Below the pieces are notes generated by a model. It did no database searches. It was not told the origin of the DNA and worked only from the letters and a program-made list of their open reading frames with translations. From a virus, in IMG/VR virus record IMGVR_UViG_3300037467_000627: a stretch of DNA of 64,000 bases. One strand, given 5' to 3'. Positions 34,885-40,839 of this stretch are shown here, piece by piece (the first letter of the stretch is position 1; each line of letters begins with the position of its first letter). The translations under genes were made by a program, and so were the position numbers.

Positions 34885-35022
34885 TTACAACGGCCTCGTC
34901 AGGTACATGATGACTGCGCGCGCCACAGGGCTACCAAGGATAGCCAGGGCGACGAGCGTGCGAGCTGCGTACCAGCAGATCTGATACAGCACGCCTAGCG
35001 GCAAGATGGTGATCGGCTCCAT
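34885..35022 (-). CDS. small membrane protein (45 aa, below track cutoff)
   Basis: MEPITILPLGVLYQICWYAARTLVALAILGSPVARAVIMYLTRPL. Its ATG overlaps the upstream stop as TGATG. Confidence 0.4.
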   Translation of the reverse strand: MEPITILPLGVLYQICWYAARTLVALAILGSPVARAVIMYLTRPL

Positions 35023-35375
35023 CAGTGCCCTTGCCTCCCGTCAGGTCCCCAAGGACCCCACTGCTGCGCTGCACTCGTCGGGCCGAGATCGAAGTCGCTA
35101 TCCGACTCCTCGGCCTGCTCGAGGGGTGCGTTGGCGACTGACGCGAGGTTGCACATCTCGATGTGCATCCGCACCTTCTCCGAACGCAGGGCTGCGTCCA
35201 TCAGCAAGGACTGCACTGCGTCGCCGATCTCCTCGCCGTTCTCGTCGAGCTCCTGCGGCGACTTGTAGCCAGCGTGATAGAGGAACTCGACACACAGACC
35301 TGATGCTTCATCGATCCGACTCTTTTCCAGCTCGGTGAGCCTCGTCCACTGGGACGGCAACTTCGGTAACTTCAC
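35022..35375 (-). CDS. hypothetical acidic protein
   Basis: GTG at 35375 behind GGAGGGG. Alternative starts at 35414 and 35486. First gene of the leftward train after the divergent gap. Confidence 0.5.
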   Translation of the reverse strand: MKLPKLPSQWTRLTELEKSRIDEASGLCVEFLYHAGYKSPQELDENGEEIGDAVQSLLMDAALRSEKVRMHIEMCNLASVANAPLEQAEESDSDFDLGPTSAAQQWGPWGPDGRQGH

Positions 35376-35519
35376 CCCAACCCCTCCGTATCTCGTTATC
35401 GGCGGCCAGGTCATACGTCTGGCCCACATGCCCATTCTACGCCGCACTGGGTGGGGAGAACTAGCAATTGATAGCACACACTTCACTGTCGGTAATCAGC
35501 CGAACAAAGGTATATGGTC

Positions 35520-35556
35520 GTTGCCCTCGGCAACAATACTGGTTGCCCTAGGCAAC
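35520..35556. promoter_or_regulatory. two copies of the 15-bp palindrome GTTGCC-N3-GGCAAC, putative operators
   Basis: GTTGCCCTCGGCAAC (35520-35534) and GTTGCCCTAGGCAAC (35542-35556), 22 bp apart, in the divergent gap between 35022..35375(-) and 35681..36010(+). Confidence 0.55.
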
Positions 35557-35680
35557 ATTCTCTGGCTCGCTTGGAATCCTCTGCGAAAGTAGTTCACCAA
35601 GATCACCCAGAGTGTCGTGAGTTTGGTACAATGGATGTAGTCGGGATGGCCCCGACTGACGCACTAGGAAGGTGTAGACC

Positions 35681-36010
35681 ATGACTAAACGAGGTGGACT
35701 AGCGTCCGGACTATGGATTCACCCTGATGACCCCTGGGGAAAGGTGCATCACCTATCTGGGTATGCCTACGTGCCTATGCGACTGAATGACGACGAGCTC
35801 GGTTGGGGATTCCAATCGACACCTATCCGCACACCTCGCCGATGCGAACACGGGTACACCTGTTGTATCGAGTGCGTTGATTCGTGGGCGCTGGACTATG
35901 AGGTCAATTGGGGCGCGACGGCTGGCGGTAGAAGGTTGCGCCAGGCAATCATCGATCGATACGCCACGGACCCCAACGCGCCCGATGTGCGAGGCGTGCC
36001 TAGGCCGTGA
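35681..36010 (+). CDS. hypothetical protein (only plus-strand gene in the early arm)
   Basis: 109 aa. ATG with GGAAGG upstream. CEHGYTCCIEC cysteine cluster. Followed by its own hairpin terminator. Confidence 0.55.
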   Translation: MTKRGGLASGLWIHPDDPWGKVHHLSGYAYVPMRLNDDELGWGFQSTPIRTPRRCEHGYTCCIECVDSWALDYEVNWGATAGGRRLRQAIIDRYATDPNAPDVRGVPRP

Positions 36011-36040
36011 CGGCACGCGCTAGCTAGCACAAGGCATGAT

Positions 36041-36072
36041 GCGCCCGGACCCCGGTAGGTGGGTCCGGGCGC
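36041..36072 (+). terminator. stem-loop terminator after 35681..36010
   Basis: 12-bp perfect stem GCGCCCGGACCC / GGGTCCGGGCGC with an 8-nt loop, 30 nt past the stop. Confidence 0.6.
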
Positions 36073-36452
36073 ATTGTCGTAGGTGGGCCTGACTGGGCCG
36101 TAATGGGGCCTAGAACGCGCGTTCAGGCGGTCCGGGTAGGTGGGTGTGGGTGCGGGGGTTCAGGCCGTCAGAACGGCACACACGGCGTGTGGCGCGCGGG
36201 CCGTGGTCGGCGCGGGCCGGTAGCGGGCTAGGACTCGCTACGCGCGGGCCGTAGACGGGCCGTAGGCGGGCGCTGGGCGCGTGATGCGGTGTCGGGTGTA
36301 GGTGGCATCTAGCGGGCCGTTAGAACGGCACACACGGACGCGCCACGAGGTATGTAACACAGGCGGTGTCACATGGCGTGTCGGCACGGGATTGTCGACT
36401 GTATACAGCTGATCGTCGGCGGCATGCCGGATACTGTATACAGCAGGTAGCA

Positions 36453-36494
36453 AAACAAACCACCGACCAGGTTGCCCTGATCGGTGGTTTGTTT
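36453..36494 (-). terminator. intrinsic terminator after 36504..37295
   Basis: 14-bp perfect inverted repeat AAACAAACCACCGA / TCGGTGGTTTGTTT with a 14-nt loop. On the minus strand the stem is followed by TTTTG. Confidence 0.75.
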
Positions 36495-36503
36495 CCTACG
36501 GGG

Positions 36504-37295
36504 TCACGCGGCCAGGCGGAACCCCTTGACCTTGCTGGCGTTCTCGGTCGACTCGATGCCGTCCATCTCGCGACCGTGCGCCGCGCCGATGGCACCGACC
36601 GAGGGGGCCTCGTCCGGGCCGTACGCGTCCGACCGGTGGTTGTGGATCTGCGCGCAGGTCAGGATGGTGCCCTCGGGTGCGGCCTCCAACGCGGAACGGA
36701 TGTGCGCCTCGACGGACCGCTGCGGGCCGGTACGCCGGTTGCCGGACTTGACCGTGGCCAGCTTCGTGGCCAGCGCGTCACGGGCCTCCGTCTCCTGGTC
36801 ATCCAGGCCACCGTTGACCCGTTCCACGAGTGCGGCGTACGCGTCGGCACCGTGCGCCTCCTTGAACGCGTTCAGGGCGATCTCGCGCGCCGACTCCAAC
36901 GCGGCCAGGTGGATGACGTACGCGTCGGCGGGGTCAACCTCGACCGTGGGCCGTGACGTGACCAGCACCGCGTTGACGTCACGAACCAGGGCCAGCTTGC
37001 CCATGTCCAGGTCGTTCAACGCGTCGGACTGGAACTTGGCCCAGGCGGCCCGCATGGCGGCCTTGGTACCCTTGTCCGCGTTGCGGTACGCCGCGCCGAC
37101 CGACTCGACGTAGGCGGCCTGGTCCGTGTCGGCCGACCAGTCCGGGATGACGTACGCGGGGGCCTGGGTGGTCGGCGCGGCCTTGTCGGTGCCCGTGTTG
37201 GTGTCCGTGGCCTGGACGGGCGCGGGGGTCGGCGCGGGCGCGTCGGCGGTCTGGGCGGTCTTGCGGGTGCGGCGGGTGTTGGTGTTCGTGGTCAT
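36504..37295 (-). CDS. hypothetical protein, putative winged-helix C-terminus (paralogue B of 29800..30738)
   Basis: 263 aa, AGGAGG RBS. The C-terminus HIRSALEAAPEGTILTCAQIHNHRSDAYGPDEAPSVGAIGAAH...KGFRLAA aligns with 29800..30738. Confidence 0.65.
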   Translation of the reverse strand: MTTNTNTRRTRKTAQTADAPAPTPAPVQATDTNTGTDKAAPTTQAPAYVIPDWSADTDQAAYVESVGAAYRNADKGTKAAMRAAWAKFQSDALNDLDMGKLALVRDVNAVLVTSRPTVEVDPADAYVIHLAALESAREIALNAFKEAHGADAYAALVERVNGGLDDQETEARDALATKLATVKSGNRRTGPQRSVEAHIRSALEAAPEGTILTCAQIHNHRSDAYGPDEAPSVGAIGAAHGREMDGIESTENASKVKGFRLAA

Positions 37296-37387
37296 GATTC
37301 TCGGCCTCCTAGCCGGGTAGTGCGGCGGGCACGGTGCCCGCCTAGATCCAGAATGGGTGATGGGTAGGTGCGTGTCAATAGGTGGGC

Positions 37388-37422
37388 GGGTAACGATCTC
37401 GGCGAGTCCGGGATCGTTACCC
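37388..37422 (-). terminator. stem-loop after 37435..37830
   Basis: 11-bp inverted repeat GGGTAACGATC / GATCGTTACCC with a 13-nt loop, 12 nt past the stop. Confidence 0.5.
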
Positions 37423-37434
37423 GACTATGGGTGA

Positions 37435-37830
37435 CTACGGGGTCACTCGGTGCCAGTCGTAGGTGCGCCCGTTCCACACGGGTAGGCACGAGTCCTCGGT
37501 GGGGCACTCGGCGGAACGGACGTAGGCGGGGGTCGGCGGGGTGTCGAGGCGGTCCGTGAGGCGTGTAGCCGTGTAGGCCGACGCCATGACCGATACGACG
37601 ATCACGCTGGCCACCAAGGCGGCCCATGCGGACGCGCGGCCCATGATGCGGAAGGCGGCCCGAAGGTGTGTGCGCCGTACGTGGCGACGGTACGCGCGGG
37701 CCGAACGCGCCTCGGCCTCGGCGGTACGCGGGTAGGTGGGCCGGATACGGGTGATACCTGACTGGTCCGTGATGCATACGCGTCCGTTGCGTGTGACGGT
37801 GCGTACGTTCGTGTAGGTGGGTGTGCGCAT
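37435..37830 (-). CDS. hypothetical single-pass membrane protein
   Basis: The track ORF 37435..38097 was trimmed to the ATG at 37830 (GGGAGG RBS). ASAWAALVASVIVVSVMASAY is hydrophobic. Contains PTY/RTY motifs. Confidence 0.55.
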   Translation of the reverse strand: MRTPTYTNVRTVTRNGRVCITDQSGITRIRPTYPRTAEAEARSARAYRRHVRRTHLRAAFRIMGRASAWAALVASVIVVSVMASAYTATRLTDRLDTPPTPAYVRSAECPTEDSCLPVWNGRTYDWHRVTP

Positions 37831-37963
37831 GGTGTCTAGCCTCCCAGGCCGTGTGTAGCGGTGTGTGTGCCCGTGTGCGGGCCGTTCAGGTGTGTGTAGG
37901 TAGGTGGGTGTGGGTGGGCACCTACGAGGCGTGTAGGCGGCATAGGTGCCCGTGTAGCGCGTG

Positions 37964-39586
37964 CTAGCGGATGGCGTAGTGCGCGTCGAGTGTGTCGGCC
38001 CATGCGGTGTAGTGCGCGCGGGACGGTTCGTAGGTGCCGAGCTCCATCTCGCGCACCAACGATGCGTACGCCGCGCCGACCGTGGGGAACGCGACACCCA
38101 CCCACATGGCCCATGTGCGGCGGAACTCGTCCACCATGGCCGCTACGTCGTCGCGTAGCACGGTGCGGTAGGTGTCCCGCTCGAACGGCACGCGCGTGAC
38201 TACGCGGGTGTAGGTGTCGGGCGCTACGGGGCCGTAGGTGCCCGCGTAGCGTGCGTTGGCGCTACCGGTGAACGTGTGCCCGTTGGCGTCACGGTGCGCG
38301 CCCGCGTGACCGATAGGTGCGATGCATGCGCCGTACGCGCCGTGATCGTGTAGGCACGTGGCGACCATGGGCCACGATGCCGACGACACGCGGTCATAGG
38401 TGCCCTCGGCAACTTCCTGCCAATAGGTGCCCTCGGCAACTACGTAGGTGGTGGTGCGACCGGACTCGTCGGTGTACCACATGTGGTTGACGTCCGCGCG
38501 GGTGACCGTGCCATCCGCGTAGGTGCGCGTGGTGACCGTGCCATCGGTGGTAACGGTGTAGTCGGTGCCGTGTCGGGATGTGCCCGTGTAGGTGCGACCG
38601 GGGATCATGCCGACCCACGGCGCGGGGTCTACTACGCCCATGGCGCGCGCTACGTGGGCGCGTACGGGCCGACCGAACACGGACACGTAGGTGTCGGTGT
38701 CGGCGGGGTCCGTGGCGTCTACGGGCGCGCTAGGTGTCGCTACGAACGGCACACCGAACGCGGATACGGCGTCGGTGTCATCGGCGGTAGGTGCGTCGTT
38801 GGTGTCGGTGGCAACGTGCACGATGTAGTCACTACGCGGTGTGGTCCATGACCCGTTGTCCGTGATGATGCGAACAATGGTCCAACCGTCATCGTCGGTG
38901 TCGGCATCGATGGTGTCGTGTTCCACGGTGCCCGCGATGGTGCGGGTGATCGTGCGCCCGGTGCCGTCACCCGTGTGCATGTGCAACGTGACGTAGGTGC
39001 CGGGCGCAACGGTGTCTAGCAACACGCCGTGTTCCCCGCACGCGATGCACACGGGTGCGTCGGTGCCGGTAGGTGCGTAGGTGTCGGTGTCGGCACCGTG
39101 TACGTCTAGGTAGGACATGCCCGTTTCGGGGTCGGTGTCCGCGTCGGTGGTGTCACGGTCGAACCACGGCGTAGCGTCGGTTGCCGGAACCGTAGGTGCG
39201 CCGTAGGTGTTCGTGCCGGTAGACGCGTAGCCCATGCCATCGGCGGTACCCACGTAGCTACGCGCGGGGTCAACGGTGGTGATGGGCACGCCGTAGCGGG
39301 TAGCTAGCACGGTGGGTTCGTCGGTGTAGGTGTGGTCGGTGTGCGGGGGGGTGGGCATGTAGGTGCCGAACACATCCGCACCGGACGACAACGGTGCACA
39401 CCACACGGCGTAGCCATCGGTGTAGGTGTCGGACCCCACGTAGTAGCCCCATCCCGTAGGTGCGGTGTCGCGGTGCGCGTCGAACCACCGGGTAGCGCCC
39501 GCATGGGTGCGGTAGCCACTACGGATGATGTGTGCGGTCATGTCGGTGTGGTCGGTGTGTGCGTGGGTGCGGATGGTGTTCGTCAT
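37964..39586 (-). CDS. orphan 540-aa Thr/Tyr/Asp/His/Gly-rich protein
   Basis: ATG at 39586 with AGGGG upstream. At least 15 (G/D/P)-T-Y tripeptides, encoded by the recurrent CACCTAC heptamer. No domain recognised. Confidence 0.6.
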   Translation of the reverse strand: MTNTIRTHAHTDHTDMTAHIIRSGYRTHAGATRWFDAHRDTAPTGWGYYVGSDTYTDGYAVWCAPLSSGADVFGTYMPTPPHTDHTYTDEPTVLATRYGVPITTVDPARSYVGTADGMGYASTGTNTYGAPTVPATDATPWFDRDTTDADTDPETGMSYLDVHGADTDTYAPTGTDAPVCIACGEHGVLLDTVAPGTYVTLHMHTGDGTGRTITRTIAGTVEHDTIDADTDDDGWTIVRIITDNGSWTTPRSDYIVHVATDTNDAPTADDTDAVSAFGVPFVATPSAPVDATDPADTDTYVSVFGRPVRAHVARAMGVVDPAPWVGMIPGRTYTGTSRHGTDYTVTTDGTVTTRTYADGTVTRADVNHMWYTDESGRTTTYVVAEGTYWQEVAEGTYDRVSSASWPMVATCLHDHGAYGACIAPIGHAGAHRDANGHTFTGSANARYAGTYGPVAPDTYTRVVTRVPFERDTYRTVLRDDVAAMVDEFRRTWAMWVGVAFPTVGAAYASLVREMELGTYEPSRAHYTAWADTLDAHYAIR

Positions 39587-39774
39587 GGTGTGCCCCTAGG
39601 TGTGATCGGTGGGTGGTAGGTGGTGCATGAACAACGTACGTGTAGGCGCATCGTAGGTGTAGGGGTAGGTGTGGGTTTCGGGATCTTGTTACCATACTGC
39701 AATGTACGCACCGTGATAAGGCGTCACAAGGTGTAGTCGTGTGATGTGTGCGTGTAGGTGTGGCATGAGTGGTG

Positions 39775-40046
39775 GTTGCTAAGGGCAACAAAGCGCCGAA
39801 CGAGTGCATGACTTCGTTGCCAAAGGCCCCTATTGAGTCATCGTTGCCTCGTGCAACCTTTGCCATGGGCAACAATACACCTTTGTTGACCTCGGCAACG
39901 ATTACGTTGCCATCGGCAACTGATGCCAAAGGCAACCGATAACGTACATTATCGGTCGGCATATCGATGCCTGACGCAACGAGTTTTGTTGCCAACGGCA
40001 AACACCTTTGATGCCCTCGGCAACTAAACCGATTGCCCTTGGCAAC
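39775..40046. repeat. phased array of 11 copies of the 15-bp palindrome GTTGCC-N3-GGCAAC
   Basis: Sites start at 39775, 39816, 39843, 39859, 39885, 39906 (perfect), 39922, 39966, 39988, 40010 and 40032. The last four are exactly 22 bp apart. No convincing ORF. Confidence 0.85.
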
Positions 40047-40124
40047 AAAGAAAATTCCGACCCCCCCTCGCGTGGCGCGCCTCTGAGCGCTTTTCGTACC
40101 TGACAAATTTTTTGGGTACCTAAG

Positions 40125-40142
40125 GATGATAGTACTATCATT
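40125..40142. promoter_or_regulatory. palindrome GATGATAGTACTATCATT (perfect core TGATAGTACTATCA)
   Basis: Same core as the 15941 operator-like palindrome. Confidence 0.5.
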
Positions 40143-40199
40143 AAGAGCCCTACAAGCTACGCCCTCTGCACCCATGAAGCCGACCATGGACAAGACGAG

Positions 40200-40795
40200 G
40201 ACACCTGACACCCTACAGAGTATATATACTATATATATACTTTAATTACTGTATAATATACACGAGCTATTCACGGGCGGTCCACCTGTAGCGTTTGCCC
40301 ACGTCACGGGCCATCTTTGGGGTTTGTGCGGGTTTCCTGACCCCCATTCCGTCCCCCTCTGTGCGGCATGCCTCACTGACACCGACCGTTTTGTACCATG
40401 TCTCCCCTTGTAGCGTTGTACCATCAGTCTCCCCTTCTCCTCCCTTTTGGGCCTATATAAGGACCCCGTATTAATTAATTCCCCGACGATCGCCAAAGAT
40501 GCCCCGTGACGTGGGAAAACACACCAGGGGATTAGTTTTTCGGCCGCTGGCGTTTATCCCATGGACGGAATTAATCCGAGTGACCTGCCTGGTGATAGTG
40601 CTATCCATTGTCAGACCCTACTCCACAAGTTTTGTACCAAGTCTAGCCTATTCTAGACCGTTTTGAATAAACACGAGCGGTATACTCACCAAAATTATCA
40701 GAAATCCGGATTAATTGCCCTGATATGACAAGTCTAACGCGAAACCGTCCACTTCGGCCACGTTCTGGCGCCTTTTTAGACTGAAAGTAGACACG
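40200..40795. other. AT-rich, ORF-free, repeat-dense segment (candidate origin / regulatory hub / ncRNA locus)
   Basis: TATATATAC x2 (40221-40240). Three copies of TTGTACCAnnGTCT (40388, 40413, 40629). 13-bp long-range inverted repeat CCCACGTCACGGG (40298) / CCCGTGACGTGGG (40503). TGATAGTGCTATC at 40593. ATTAAT-containing motifs. Confidence 0.6.
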
Positions 40796-40839
40796 AAAAA
40801 GCGCCCACTCAGCGCCTGTTTTGCAGGTCTGAGGGGCGC
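40796..40839 (-). terminator. intrinsic terminator ending the replication-gene transcript
   Basis: On the minus strand: GCGCCCCTCAG...CTGAGTGGGCGC stem (one bulge) followed by TTTTTCG, 15 nt past the stop at 40854. Confidence 0.75.

Noticed and set aside
36399-36443. LexA/SOS-box interpretation of CTGTATACAG
   Set aside because: The E. coli-type box is CTGT-N8-ACAG (16 bp), whereas here the halves are separated by only 2 bp. As I recall it, the actinobacterial LexA box (TCGAAC-N4-GTTCGA type) is different.
36238-36453. 71-aa minus-strand ORF in the segment between the convergent terminators
   Set aside because: Its TTG start lies inside the terminator stem and it has no RBS. It does contain an in-frame T-Y from the heptamer, so decayed coding sequence cannot be excluded.
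37435-38097. N-terminal 89 codons of the 220-aa ORF, and ORFs 37292..37777 and 37836..38114
   Set aside because: The extension overlaps the 3' end of the 540-aa gene and is Arg/Pro/Thr-rich junk. An internal ATG at 37830 with a GGGAGG RBS gives a sensible 131-aa membrane protein. The other ORFs are alternative frames of very GC-rich DNA.
37964-39586. Diversity-generating retroelement or other hypermutation target as the explanation for the T/Y-rich protein
   Set aside because: There is no reverse transcriptase gene and no template/variable repeat pair in the window. The recurring element is a fixed heptamer also present in non-coding DNA.
39775-40046. CRISPR array interpretation of the repeated palindromes
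   Set aside because: The repeats are only 15 bp, degenerate and separated by 1-29 bp, and there are no cas genes. The geometry is that of protein-binding sites, not repeat-spacer units.
39519-40211. 230-aa minus-strand ORF covering the palindrome array
   Set aside because: It overlaps the start of the 540-aa gene. Its 'repeats' (LPLA, LPMAK, LATK) are just translations of the GGCAA/TTGCC half-sites, and it has no RBS. Binding-site periodicity (22 bp) explains the DNA better than coding does.
40242-40496. 84-aa minus-strand ORF in the AT-rich segment
   Set aside because: It has no RBS, an atypical composition for this genome, and spans the direct and inverted repeats. It is kept only as a possibility within the ncRNA/origin finding.
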